This document shows positions 1-11,042 of a stretch of 64,000 bases of DNA, one piece after another; within the stretch, counting starts at the first letter, position 1, and the number at the start of each line of letters is the position of its first letter. Below the pieces are notes generated by a model, which saw only the letters and a list, made by a program, of their open reading frames with translations, did no database searches and was not told where the DNA came from. The translations under genes and the position numbers were made by a program. Source of the stretch: a virus (Duplodnaviria; Caudoviricetes); the IMG/VR virus record IMGVR_UViG_3300025392_000002; one strand, given 5' to 3'.

Positions 1-3000
1 ACTACTATTGATAAGCCATGGGCCACTATTAGATACGCCTGCTATCAACTTGAAAATGGATATTTAAATCCTAATTCAAGTTTATTAATTGCAATTAACA
101 AACAGTTCTTACAAAAAGAAGTGTATAACTACGTTACTTACACATATCAAGCAAGTGTAACCGGTACTGCCGCAGGCTCCTTTACCACAGCCAGCACTGC
201 TGGGTTAACTGTAGGCATGCCTATTACATTCTCAGGACAAACAGGAAGTTTAACTTTAGCAACTTTGGCCATTTCTAATAATACTGTTTATTATGTTCAG
301 GCTATTGTTGCAAATACAAGTTTCACTGTTGCAAGTAGTTACGGCGGAAGCGCATTAACTGCCGCAGGAACTGGTACTGCTACTGTAAAATACTATACAT
401 CATTACCAACTGAAATTGAACGTGACACAGGTTACACTATTGATGGATTGGTATTTGATTTAGGTCACGGTGGAACATATAAAACAACTGTTAATACACA
501 GGCATTTTTTAACTCTGCCGGTACTGACTATGTTAATAACTATGTAAAATATGAAATTCAACAGTTTATTGGCGCACAAAAATATTTACTAACACTACTT
601 GGAAATATTTTAAGCAATACTGCACCTACTAACAACTACCAAGCATTAAATGGTATTAGTGCAGGTAGTCGTGCAATTCAAAACATAACAGGCGTTGCAA
701 CTTCAAGTGTAGAGTCTTCTGCACTAACTACGATTACATCATTAAGCAACATAATTACTAACGCAATGACTTTAGGTAATACAAGCCAATTGCCAGCAGT
801 AATTACTCCTGCAAATACTGTTAGTGTTAAAACAGGAACATACAACGAAATATTACCAATCGTTGTTCCATCTTACACTGCTATTGTCGGTGATGAACTA
901 CGTAGTACTATTGTTCAACCAGCAGGCCCGATTAATAATTTAATAGTTGATAAACCTAAATCAGTTGCGGCACTTGTGCGTATGCAATCAATATTGCCAA
1001 ACTTATTAACTAATGCGACCGTAACAGCAAGTACTGGTAATACTCAAACACAGATTACTAATTTACCTTCCGGTGATACAGGAAGTCAGTCGGCAGTTAA
1101 TAGTGTTATGACTGGTATTGCTACTGTTCAGGACATGATTAATAACGGTTATCAAGCCGCGCCAGCATTTAGCTTTACACAACCAACTAACTATAACACA
1201 AGTTATCTTGTTGGATTTGGCGACGGTGCAACACAAATTAAAAATAACTACACATTCATCAAGTATGAAATTGCCAACTTTTTAATCTCGTATAACGTGC
1301 CGGCATGGAGTACTTACGGTACTACTAACCAAGTAGAGACTCTACGTGATATTGGATTTGTACTAGATGGATTGCAGTATGATATGACTTACGGTTGTAA
1401 TAATCAAAGTGTTATCAACGGTAGTTCATACTACTCATTAAACATTAATCAGATTGTTACAACATATCTACCAGCAACTATTGCCGCATTACAACGTGTA
1501 GCCGCAATTATCAGTCAGATTGTAACAGCAACTAGTGTAACAGCTACCGCGCAAAATGCTCCGTATACTGCAACACAGTCTACTAGCGGTACAGCAGGAT
1601 CGGCAGCCGCGGCCGCATTTGCGGCAGCTCGTGTGCAAGACGTTATCTATTGGTTACAAAACGGTTATGCTAATACAAGTACTGGTGTCACTACTGGTAG
1701 TATTTCAACAACTAACGGCGGAACATTGACAGTAACAGCAGTTACTAGCGGTACGTTAATACCAGGAATGCTACTTACTGGTACTGGTGTAAGCACTCCA
1801 ACATATATCGTAAATCAATCTACTGGAGTAACTGCAATCGCTAGCCCGACATTGGCAAGTGGTGGTAGTTCAGGAACCAATACATTTGTTGTATCAAGTG
1901 CAACTGGTATTGTTGCTGGCCAACTAGTAACTGGTAATAACATTCCAAACGGTTCGTATGTTATTTCATCATATACTCCAGGTACTACAACAATTACACT
2001 AGTTAACTACTGGGGATATCCAAGTAACTTTATTAGCCCAGGTAGTGGTACATACAATTTCTACACACCAGGTGGTACAGGTACTTACCTAGTAAGCACA
2101 AGTCAAACAGTAACAAGCACAACTATTACTGGCAATTCAACAATTACTCCTGTCTCAAGCGGTGCTTATGCATTGGCTCCGGCCGCATTGCAAACAGCCT
2201 ATACTATTGCAAATGCAAGAAATAGTGAAATTGCAAGTGATGCTCAAGTATGGGTACAGAAATATTATCAAGCATACTCAATTAGTACATCATTGACTAA
2301 CAGAGATGCTGGCTTAGTTGCCGCAGGGCTTTCTTGGGATTTATTATTACAAACAAACTTTAATAGCATTGCAATTGGCCGTGCTTACAACCGTTTGAAT
2401 ACTAGTGCTCTAGCGTTGTTAGCTAATGCCAATAACGAATTAGTTGCTACACTGGGTGCTTTAAACTTTGTCGGTTATAAGATGAAACAGATTGTGTCTA
2501 GTGGTTCTGTAATTAGAGCGCAAACAACAATCGATGACATGATTCAGTCAATTTACGGAACTGTATCAACAACATTGTCAGTAGCAACAACAAGCACAAA
2601 CGTATTAACAGTAGGAACTACAGCTACCGTTCAACCAGGTATGCAAATTTCGTTTACTGGACTACCAGCAAATATTACAACTACTGCAACCGGTACAACA
2701 ACTAGTACAAACGTAATTACATTATCTGCTACTGTAGCAAGTTTAGGCATTGCGGCTGGACAACAAGTTTACTTTACAGGCGCAGTTGTTGGAAATTTAG
2801 TTCCTAACCAAATGTACTATATAATCAATCCAACTGGTAGTACTATTCAAGTTAGTAATACATTTGGTGGTTCAGCAATAGTATTGAATACTGCTACACC
2901 CGCTACCGCTATGAACGTAATTGTTAACAATGCTGGCGGATTATGGAACAACTACATTTACTATGTGAACACAGTTATTAGCGGAACTACACTAACAATT

Positions 3001-6000
3001 ACTTCAAGTTATAAGAGTGGTACAGCTCTTGTAATTACAAATACTGTTAGCGCCATGACTGCTGTGGCAACTATTAATGCAAGTAGTCAACTTGCAGGTG
3101 CAGTGGCAGGTGCAGAGCGCAATGGTACACTAACTTATGATAACACACTAACTACTATTCAAGGTGCAGAAATATTACGTGCTAATATTAACTTCCTAGC
3201 ATACGAAGGTAGTGCATATACAGCCGCAACTTATGGTGGAACTGTAACTACTACAGCAAGTACTAGCGGAACAATTACAACTAGTTCTGCTCATAACTTA
3301 ACCATCGGCGATCCTGTAAACTTTACAGCAACAACAGTTGTAAGTACAGTTACAGCAACAAATACTAACGGAAATATTACAGTTCTTAATACTACTGGCA
3401 TGGTAGTTAATATGCCAGTGACTTTCTCGGGATCTATGTTTGGCGGATTAAGTAGTAGTACAACATACTATCTCAGAAGTGTTAGTGGTAATACTATTAC
3501 ATTGAGTACAGCATATCCAGCAAGCGGAAGTTTATATACTCCTTCAAGCACTTCAACTGGATCTGCAACTATAACTGTTGGTGGACTATTTGGTGGACTA
3601 AGTGCTACTACAATAACTGGTGCAACACAAGTTTATTGGGTATTGAGTACTCCAACACCAACAACATTTACAGTTTCTACAACACAGTCTGGTTATGGAA
3701 CACAAAGTACCTCAAGTTGGCAAGCTGCCAACGGTGTTGCTACAGTAACTTACTATTATAGTACAGCTAAATGTATTCGTGACACAACAAATATTGTTAA
3801 TGCTTTAGTATATGATTTGCAATTCCCAGGGAATTATAAATCGATGAGAGCGGTAGAGTTGTATAACAATGCTATTAGCGGTTCTGCTACTAAGAATATG
3901 TTCTTAGTTCGCAATGCAACTGGTCTTCGCAATATGACCATGAACGGTTTAACTGGCGCATTAAGTGCGGCCAACGCTAACTTTACAAAACGTCCAACTG
4001 CCGGTGCGTATGCAAGTTTAGACCCAGGCTTTGGGCCAAACGATGCTAACAGCTGGATCTATGCTCGTTCATGCTATACACAAAACTGTACAATGTTTGG
4101 ATATGCTTGCATAGGCGCTAAGGTGGACGGTGCATTACACGCTGGCGGCAATCGTTCTATGGTTGCTAACGACTATACAACTATTATTGGTGACGGTATT
4201 GGATACTGGGTAACTGGTAGTAACGCAGTAGCTGAATTGGTTTCAGTGTTCAACTACTACGGTTATTCTGGATACCTAGCAGAATTAGGCGGTAAGATTC
4301 GTGCTACTAACGGTAACAGTTCATACGGTACATACGGTGTACTAGCTGAAGGTGTTGATACATTTGAAACTCCTATCTATGGAACATTGAACAATAGAAA
4401 TTTCCAAGCACAAATTACAAGTGTTGTAACAAACGCCGCAGACTTCTTGTGGAGACTTGAATTTGCCAATGCTGGTAATAACTACACAAATACAACGCAC
4501 ACACTAAGTTCTCCAGGTTACGGTACTGTAATCGTAGCAGACGAATTTAGAGATGCCGGCGTATTTGAAACACGATTAATTGATAACGGTGATGGTACTA
4601 CAACCAGTGTTGGTGGTACCAGTTATGTATCAGCTGTTAACACAGCACAATTACCGCAAGGTACTTCAACTGGTTTATTAGTACTAGCCGCTACCGATAC
4701 AGCATTAACAAATGCTTATAATGGTATGCGTGTTCAAATTGTAACAGGTACTGCTGTAGGTCAATATGCCAACATTTTAGCGTATTCAAATGGTAGTAAA
4801 AATGCTTTAATTGTTAAAGACAGTTTTGCTCCATTAATTATAACTGCTGCCGCAACAACAAATAACTTGTTTACGGTCACAAGTACTGCCGGTATGTATG
4901 CTGGTATGCCAGTATATGTTGCTAGTCCATTTAGTTCATTATTAGCAACACAAACTGTTTACTATGTAAACTCAGCTAACTTTTCTGCAACTCAGTTTCA
5001 GTTAAGTTTAACTTCTGGAGGTTCAGGAACTGCGGTTACTGTTGGTAGTAACGTATCAGCTTCGACTGTTTCAATTACAGCAACAACTATTACAAATAAC
5101 TTATTGACTGTCACTCCTATAACAGTAACAGTTAATTCAAGTAGCGGTACTACAATTACATTAAGTTCAAGTGCTACTTTAACTGTTGGCGCTCCAATTG
5201 TATTCTCAAGTGCAGTTGGTAGTGTTATAACTTCAGGAACAACTTATTATGTACAAGCAAGTTCGGGTACAAGTTTAAGTATTGCAACTTCTGCAGGAGG
5301 TTCAGCAGTTAGTGTTGGTACAACTACTGGTCTAAGCGTTACAGCAACAGTTGATCCTGTAGCGGCAGGTCAAGCTATTACATTTAGTGCTAGCTTTAAT
5401 GGTATTGATGCTAACACAACATACTTTGTTTCATCAGTAAACCTTAGTACCAGTGCATTTGCACTAGCAAGAGATCCATGGACAAGTACTACCGTAACTA
5501 TTACAGCAACTGGTAGTGTAACTCAAACAGGAACAATAGGATCAGCAATGTATGCCGCTGGTTGGGATCATGTATTACCTGGTTACACTATTAACAATGC
5601 TCCAGATTTAACTTCAGGATATATTGTTGAGCCAAGAATAAACTACTCTGCTCCAGGTTACACAGCCACAGCAAGAACATTAACAAATGCTGTTACAGGC
5701 GGAGCATTAGCCTACGGTAACGGTCGTTATGTTACTGTTGGAACTGGTACTACTACTAATATTTCAACAGATGGTAAATCTTGGTCGAACGGTGGTACTT
5801 TAACTAGCTCAACTTGGAATAGCGTTGTATATGGCGGTGGTTCAGGTGCTACAGCTACAGCAGTAGTTGGCGGCCTAGGCGGCACTGGTGCAGTATTGCA
5901 AGCAGTTGTTGGTACTGGTGCATTTAACCAACAGATTGTTGGTATAACTATTGTTAACGGTGGATACAATTATCTAACTCCTCCAAATATTACTATTGTT

Positions 6001-9000
6001 GGCGGTGGTGGCGCAGGTGCATCTGCTATTTGTACAGTATTAAACGGTGCAATCCAAACTGTAACTATTAGTATTAGCGGTTCTGGATACACAAGCGCAC
6101 CTACTGTGACAGCAGTAACTAGTATTGTTTCAAGTATTACTGCAAACAGCTGGGGTAAGAACTACTTTGTAAACCCAACGGTTACAATTAGTCAACCGCA
6201 AGGACTAAGCCCAACTGCATATCCAACAAATACTTTAATCACTCAAGGAACATACTATCAAACAGCCGTAGGAAGAATTTATCTTTGCGTAACTGGTGGT
6301 ACAACTAGTGCAACTGTTCCATCATTTGATTATTTGACTGCTAGTGGATATACTAATATTCAAAACGGTAGTGCATATCTTACATACATTGCAACACAAG
6401 CACAAGTATCTACACCAACATTGACTAATGCAGGTGTAAGTGCTTTACCGTTAAGTGTTTCTGGTTATGGATATACATCAACACCAACAGTTACTATTGT
6501 TGACGGTGTAGCAAAATTCATTGCAATCAGTAATAGTGCAAGTACTAGTACCAATACAGCTTATAGTTCAAATAATGGTACCACTTGGACCAATACTACA
6601 ACTACTGTTCTAAACTTAAGATCTTTAGCTTATGGTAACGGTTTATACATTGCTGTTGGAGGTGCCTCTGGTTCAGCATCAGCAGTATCAACAACAGATA
6701 TTACAACTGGTTGGAGTAATAAATCAAGTAATATTACAGCTCTTGTATCAGGCTACTATTCAGCTATTGTATACGGTGGATCATATTTTGTTGCCGTACA
6801 AAACGGTGCATTAATTACTAGTGTTACACAAAACGGTAACACTTGGGTACAAGGCGCTAATTTACCATCAGGATTTACTACAGCAGTAAGTATGGCATAT
6901 GGTAATAATCGTTATGTAGTACTAGGTTCAGACGGTAAAGTTGCTTATAGTATCAACAACGGTGGTACACAAACAGTTGCAGGTTGGACCTTAGCTCCAG
7001 CATGTACCGGTACAACAACAAGTGTATTGTCATCAAGCTATACTTGGACTTCTATCACTTATGGTGAAGGCCAGTTCGTCGCAGTATCGCAAGGTACCGT
7101 AGCGGCAACCAGCTGGGACGGTATCAACTGGACAGTAAGAACATTACCAACAAGTACAAACTGGGGCAGTGTTGCATTTGGTAACCCAATCAGTACTACA
7201 TTAGGACCACAGCCATTGTTTGTTGCAGTGACTAGTAGCGGTACAACAGCAGCCGCAAGTATTAGAACAGGCGCTCAGCCGATAGGTCGTATGAAGGCAG
7301 CCAGCGGTTCTATTACTGAAATTCGTATGATAGAGCCAGGAAGTGGTTTCCCTAAAGGTAACGTTACTTCAACAGTTGCATCTACTACAGTAACAGTTAA
7401 TTCTAGTAGTACTACAACTATCACATTAAGTGCTAGTGCTACACTAACTGTTGGTGCACCAGTCACATTTGCTAGTGCTGTTGGAACATTGACTGCTGGT
7501 ACTGTATATTATGTACAAGCAAGTTCAGGTACAAGTTTAAGCGTAGCGGCAACTCCAACTGGTTCAGCAATTAGCGTTGGTACAACTACTGGTCTAAGTG
7601 TAGTTGCTACAATTCAAGCAGTACTGGTTGTAGACGATACAACAAACTTATCAACAAGTATTGCTAATAATCAACCAGTTGAATTTAGCGTAGCCAGTGG
7701 AACATTAACAACTAATACTACTTACTATGTAATTGGTTCAAGTGTTGGAACATCAACATTCCAAGTAACTACAACTGCGGGTAGCATTACACCAGTATCA
7801 TTAACATCTAGTACACCAACTAGTATGATTTATACTGCTGGACCGTTTGTTCAACAGTTCGATACTAACAGAGTTAAAACAGCGGCTACTCGTGTACGCA
7901 CAAGCTATGGAATCCTGGCAAACCCAAGTATTACTAACAAGGGTCTTGGAAACAGTACTGCAACTGTGTCTACATTAGGCGATGGATATGCAGATTTGTT
8001 CCAAAATAGTGCTTACATACAAGTATCTGGTTTATACAGTATGCCTAGTGCAGGTGCTAACGTACAATTTGGTACAACATACACTGGTGTTCCTTGGACT
8101 CCAAGTACTGTGGTTAGAACTGGCGTACAATTAATTGCAACTAACGCGGTAACTGTTGGTAGTACAACAACATTCTACTATAACGTATATACGGTTACCA
8201 ACGGTGGAACAACTGGTACAAGTGCTCCGACAAGTACAGCGGCAAGTGTATCAGATGGTACTGCAACATTAAGCTATGTTGGACAAAATCCAAATGCATG
8301 GTATAAGCTAGTTGCTATTACTAACCAGTTAGGTATTGCCGGAGCATATACAGCACAGTTCCAAGTTAACCCTGCGTTAACTACTCTTACTGCGCCTGTA
8401 CATGGTGTGTTAATTACAACACGTTTGAAGTACAGCCAGGTTCGTTTAACTGGACATGACTTCTTGTATATCGGTACTGGTAACCAAACACAGACTAACT
8501 ATCCATATGTTAATGCGGCAAATGCAATACAGGCAAATCAGCAGTATCCTGTAGCTGGCGGGCGTGTGTTCTTTACAAGTACTGACCAAGACGGTAACTT
8601 TAACGTTGGTAACTTGTTTGGAGTTCAACAGTCAACTGGTACTGCTACATTGAACGCTAGTGCGTTTAACTTAGCTGGATTGCAGAGTTTGACCTTGGGT
8701 GCTATTAACTTAGGTGTTGGATCTGCTACAGTTACACAATTTAGTACAGATCCGTACTTTACAGCTAACAGCGACAACATCGTTCCAACACAAAAAGCAA
8801 TTAAGAGCTATATTACAGCTCAAATTGGTGGCGGATCGAGTAGTTTGAACGTAAATACACTAACCGCTGGACAGATATATATTGCTAATAACAGTATTGG
8901 TTTGGCAGCTACCGTTACTGGTACCACAACAATTAACGTTACTAGTAAATTGAACTTTACAGGTGGTATCGATGGTGCACCAGTATCATTAGCATACTTT

Positions 9001-9012
9001 ATGCAAAAATAA
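1..9012 (+). CDS. Giant virion structural / tail-fibre-like protein, 5'-truncated (>3000 aa)
   Basis: The frame is open from base 1 (TTIDKPWATIRYACYQLENG...), so the true start is upstream of the window, not at GTG 121. Thr/Ser/Gly-rich, with repeated ~75-aa beta modules (G.L..G..YYV...), propeller-like W...AYG.G.FVAV repeats and C-terminal GGRVFFTSTDQDGNF, typical of large myophage virion proteins. Confidence 0.8.
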   Translation, partial: TTIDKPWATIRYACYQLENGYLNPNSSLLIAINKQFLQKEVYNYVTYTYQASVTGTAAGSFTTASTAGLTVGMPITFSGQTGSLTLATLAISNNTVYYVQAIVANTSFTVASSYGGSALTAAGTGTATVKYYTSLPTEIERDTGYTIDGLVFDLGHGGTYKTTVNTQAFFNSAGTDYVNNYVKYEIQQFIGAQKYLLTLLGNILSNTAPTNNYQALNGISAGSRAIQNITGVATSSVESSALTTITSLSNIITNAMTLGNTSQLPAVITPANTVSVKTGTYNEILPIVVPSYTAIVGDELRSTIVQPAGPINNLIVDKPKSVAALVRMQSILPNLLTNATVTASTGNTQTQITNLPSGDTGSQSAVNSVMTGIATVQDMINNGYQAAPAFSFTQPTNYNTSYLVGFGDGATQIKNNYTFIKYEIANFLISYNVPAWSTYGTTNQVETLRDIGFVLDGLQYDMTYGCNNQSVINGSSYYSLNINQIVTTYLPATIAALQRVAAIISQIVTATSVTATAQNAPYTATQSTSGTAGSAAAAAFAAARVQDVIYWLQNGYANTSTGVTTGSISTTNGGTLTVTAVTSGTLIPGMLLTGTGVSTPTYIVNQSTGVTAIASPTLASGGSSGTNTFVVSSATGIVAGQLVTGNNIPNGSYVISSYTPGTTTITLVNYWGYPSNFISPGSGTYNFYTPGGTGTYLVSTSQTVTSTTITGNSTITPVSSGAYALAPAALQTAYTIANARNSEIASDAQVWVQKYYQAYSISTSLTNRDAGLVAAGLSWDLLLQTNFNSIAIGRAYNRLNTSALALLANANNELVATLGALNFVGYKMKQIVSSGSVIRAQTTIDDMIQSIYGTVSTTLSVATTSTNVLTVGTTATVQPGMQISFTGLPANITTTATGTTTSTNVITLSATVASLGIAAGQQVYFTGAVVGNLVPNQMYYIINPTGSTIQVSNTFGGSAIVLNTATPATAMNVIVNNAGGLWNNYIYYVNTVISGTTLTITSSYKSGTALVITNTVSAMTAVATINASSQLAGAVAGAERNGTLTYDNTLTTIQGAEILRANINFLAYEGSAYTAATYGGTVTTTASTSGTITTSSAHNLTIGDPVNFTATTVVSTVTATNTNGNITVLNTTGMVVNMPVTFSGSMFGGLSSSTTYYLRSVSGNTITLSTAYPASGSLYTPSSTSTGSATITVGGLFGGLSATTITGATQVYWVLSTPTPTTFTVSTTQSGYGTQSTSSWQAANGVATVTYYYSTAKCIRDTTNIVNALVYDLQFPGNYKSMRAVELYNNAISGSATKNMFLVRNATGLRNMTMNGLTGALSAANANFTKRPTAGAYASLDPGFGPNDANSWIYARSCYTQNCTMFGYACIGAKVDGALHAGGNRSMVANDYTTIIGDGIGYWVTGSNAVAELVSVFNYYGYSGYLAELGGKIRATNGNSSYGTYGVLAEGVDTFETPIYGTLNNRNFQAQITSVVTNAADFLWRLEFANAGNNYTNTTHTLSSPGYGTVIVADEFRDAGVFETRLIDNGDGTTTSVGGTSYVSAVNTAQLPQGTSTGLLVLAATDTALTNAYNGMRVQIVTGTAVGQYANILAYSNGSKNALIVKDSFAPLIITAAATTNNLFTVTSTAGMYAGMPVYVASPFSSLLATQTVYYVNSANFSATQFQLSLTSGGSGTAVTVGSNVSASTVSITATTITNNLLTVTPITVTVNSSSGTTITLSSSATLTVGAPIVFSSAVGSVITSGTTYYVQASSGTSLSIATSAGGSAVSVGTTTGLSVTATVDPVAAGQAITFSASFNGIDANTTYFVSSVNLSTSAFALARDPWTSTTVTITATGSVTQTGTIGSAMYAAGWDHVLPGYTINNAPDLTSGYIVEPRINYSAPGYTATARTLTNAVTGGALAYGNGRYVTVGTGTTTNISTDGKSWSNGGTLTSSTWNSVVYGGGSGATATAVVGGLGGTGAVLQAVVGTGAFNQQIVGITIVNGGYNYLTPPNITIVGGGGAGASAICTVLNGAIQTVTISISGSGYTSAPTVTAVTSIVSSITANSWGKNYFVNPTVTISQPQGLSPTAYPTNTLITQGTYYQTAVGRIYLCVTGGTTSATVPSFDYLTASGYTNIQNGSAYLTYIATQAQVSTPTLTNAGVSALPLSVSGYGYTSTPTVTIVDGVAKFIAISNSASTSTNTAYSSNNGTTWTNTTTTVLNLRSLAYGNGLYIAVGGASGSASAVSTTDITTGWSNKSSNITALVSGYYSAIVYGGSYFVAVQNGALITSVTQNGNTWVQGANLPSGFTTAVSMAYGNNRYVVLGSDGKVAYSINNGGTQTVAGWTLAPACTGTTTSVLSSSYTWTSITYGEGQFVAVSQGTVAATSWDGINWTVRTLPTSTNWGSVAFGNPISTTLGPQPLFVAVTSSGTTAAASIRTGAQPIGRMKAASGSITEIRMIEPGSGFPKGNVTSTVASTTVTVNSSSTTTITLSASATLTVGAPVTFASAVGTLTAGTVYYVQASSGTSLSVAATPTGSAISVGTTTGLSVVATIQAVLVVDDTTNLSTSIANNQPVEFSVASGTLTTNTTYYVIGSSVGTSTFQVTTTAGSITPVSLTSSTPTSMIYTAGPFVQQFDTNRVKTAATRVRTSYGILANPSITNKGLGNSTATVSTLGDGYADLFQNSAYIQVSGLYSMPSAGANVQFGTTYTGVPWTPSTVVRTGVQLIATNAVTVGSTTTFYYNVYTVTNGGTTGTSAPTSTAASVSDGTATLSYVGQNPNAWYKLVAITNQLGIAGAYTAQFQVNPALTTLTAPVHGVLITTRLKYSQVRLTGHDFLYIGTGNQTQTNYPYVNAANAIQANQQYPVAGGRVFFTSTDQDGNFNVGNLFGVQQSTGTATLNASAFNLAGLQSLTLGAINLGVGSATVTQFSTDPYFTANSDNIVPTQKAIKSYITAQIGGGSSSLNVNTLTAGQIYIANNSIGLAATVTGTTTINVTSKLNFTGGIDGAPVSLAYFMQK

Positions 9013-9032
9013 AAATTTTGGAGAAATAAAAA

Positions 9033-9395
9033 ATGGCGTCAGGAATAGTAAAAACACTACAATTAACAAACGGAAACATTGCCACCCTGGTGGCTGGATA
9101 TACATGTCCAGCTAACACTTATGGTGTTTATAATATTTCGTTTACAAATACAGCTAGTGTATCACAAACAATTAGATTATATATCGGTTCAGGTACTGCG
9201 GCAGCTCCAGTAGCTAGTGAAATATTTGAATATAGCACTACTATTGTAGCAAACGGTGTGTTTGAAAGAACTGGTTTAGTATTATCTGCTAACCAAAACA
9301 TATATGTAGGTAGTAGCGGCGGTTCAGGCGGTGCAGGTACAACAACCGGATATGTGGCATTGAACATATACGGCATTGAAACTAGCACAAGTTAA
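9033..9395 (+). CDS. Small virion structural protein (probable partner of the giant fibre)
   Basis: GGAGA RBS; YTCPA...NISFTN...GVFERTGLV pattern of small beta-sandwich proteins that follow large phage fibre genes. Confidence 0.6.
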   Translation: MASGIVKTLQLTNGNIATLVAGYTCPANTYGVYNISFTNTASVSQTIRLYIGSGTAAAPVASEIFEYSTTIVANGVFERTGLVLSANQNIYVGSSGGSGGAGTTTGYVALNIYGIETSTS

Positions 9396-9416
9396 TAATT
9401 AAAGAGAGATTAAAAT

Positions 9417-10181
9417 ATGGCACGTTACAATACCCAACTGGCGCAAGGCACACAAAGTTCTGGTACCAACCCTATTACAACACCTGCGTCAGGTCAGCTA
9501 ACAGAGTTTACTGGCGCCGCGCCATATACTATCACTATTCCTGATCCAACAATTTATCAAGGCGTAACACAAAGTTTTTATAACAATACTAGCAATGCTG
9601 GTAGTGTTACACTACAAACACCTACTGGACAATTTATTGGGCCAGGCGGAACTGCAAGTAACCAGTATGTATTACCCACACAAACTACTGTTACACTAGC
9701 ATCCGATGGTGCTAACTATATTCTTCAATCGCAAAACGGTGGAAACTTAGTTGCAACTACAAGTACATTTGGCGGTCTAGCAACATTTACTAACAGTATA
9801 CAAGTTAACGGTACGTATGTAAGAGCTAGTATCGCATTTACACCAAGTGCTACATACGACTTAACAACATTAACTTATATTCAAACAGTTTACGGACAAA
9901 CTTGGAGTGTACAAGGTTCTAGTTTTACAGCAACAGCTGGCGGACGTTATTTCTGCTCAGGCGGTATTACTGTAACATTACCAGCAAGTCCAAACGTAGG
10001 CGATATGGTTCAAATTGTCGACTATAACGGAAACTTTAACTCAAGTAACGTAACTGTTAATCCGCAAAGTAATAAAATTATGCGTCAAGCGACGACCATG
10101 ACTGTCTCAACAGCAGGTGCCGCATTTACGCTTGTATATTCTGGCTCAACAAACGGCTGGTTAATGGCTAACGGTATTTAA
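9417..10181 (+). CDS. Tail-fibre-associated structural protein
   Basis: C-terminal ITVTLPASPNVGDMVQIVD...FTLVYSGSTNGW module, common in phage fibre proteins. Confidence 0.65.
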   Translation: MARYNTQLAQGTQSSGTNPITTPASGQLTEFTGAAPYTITIPDPTIYQGVTQSFYNNTSNAGSVTLQTPTGQFIGPGGTASNQYVLPTQTTVTLASDGANYILQSQNGGNLVATTSTFGGLATFTNSIQVNGTYVRASIAFTPSATYDLTTLTYIQTVYGQTWSVQGSSFTATAGGRYFCSGGITVTLPASPNVGDMVQIVDYNGNFNSSNVTVNPQSNKIMRQATTMTVSTAGAAFTLVYSGSTNGWLMANGI

Positions 10182-10193
10182 TAAAGGGATACA

Positions 10194-11033
10194 ATGGCTT
10201 TTACATACGAATCGCTTAAACAAGTTTCTGGTAGTGAGATTATACCAGGTACCATTGTCACAGGCAACATTGCAAGCAACACTATTACTGCTACTGAAAT
10301 TGCATCGGGTAACGTTACCAGTGCAGTACTGGCAGCAGGATCTGTTGATTTACAAGGATCAGCAGTAACTAGTTATTTAGGTATAGGTAATGGTGGAACA
10401 GCTAATACTGGTCTTGGCGGTGCTTATACTGCTTTTAGAGGTGATGCATCGTTTCGTAACTATGGTTTATACGGAATTGCGGTCTACACAGGAAGTAGTA
10501 CTTGGAGCAGACCAACTGATGTTCGTTTTATTAAAGTAACTTGCCAGGGCGGTGGTGGAGGTGGTTCTGGACATGGAGAATCTGGCGGTGCTGGTGGATA
10601 TTGTGAACTTGTATTAGATGTACGCGGCATTGGTTCAGTATCAGTTTCAATCGGTGGCGACGTAGGTGGCAGTTTTTATTCTGGTGCAGGCGGTAACGGC
10701 AATGGTGTAAGTTTTGGTCCATACTGTTCAGCAGGTGGCGGTTATGGTGCAAATCAAAATAATCAACATTCTGGTGGCCTTGGCGGAGTAGGCAGCGGCG
10801 GCAATTTAAATATTTACGGTGGCGGTGGCGCAAACCATCACCAAGAAAGTGGTATCGGCGGTGCAAGTTTCTGGGGAGGATCAGTAGCCGGAGGTCATCC
10901 ACAGGGTGGAAACTTTAGCCATAACCACCAAAGTCATTCAGCACCTGGCTCAGGCGGCGCAGGTGCATACTTTCATGGACATTATGGTTCAAATGGAAAA
11001 TCTGGAATGATTGTAGTTTACATGTATTATTAA
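10194..11033 (+). CDS. Glycine/histidine-rich fibre/adhesin-like protein, paralogue 1
   Basis: YTGSSTWSRP...GGGGGGSGHGESGGAGGY...GKSGMIVVY glycine-rich domain; N-terminal fibre-type repeats. Confidence 0.7.
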   Translation: MAFTYESLKQVSGSEIIPGTIVTGNIASNTITATEIASGNVTSAVLAAGSVDLQGSAVTSYLGIGNGGTANTGLGGAYTAFRGDASFRNYGLYGIAVYTGSSTWSRPTDVRFIKVTCQGGGGGGSGHGESGGAGGYCELVLDVRGIGSVSVSIGGDVGGSFYSGAGGNGNGVSFGPYCSAGGGYGANQNNQHSGGLGGVGSGGNLNIYGGGGANHHQESGIGGASFWGGSVAGGHPQGGNFSHNHQSHSAPGSGGAGAYFHGHYGSNGKSGMIVVYMYY

Positions 11034-11042
11034 AGGTTAAAA

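Noticed and set aside
121-123. GTG start for the giant ORF
   Set aside because: The frame is open and protein-like from base 1; the gene starts before the window.
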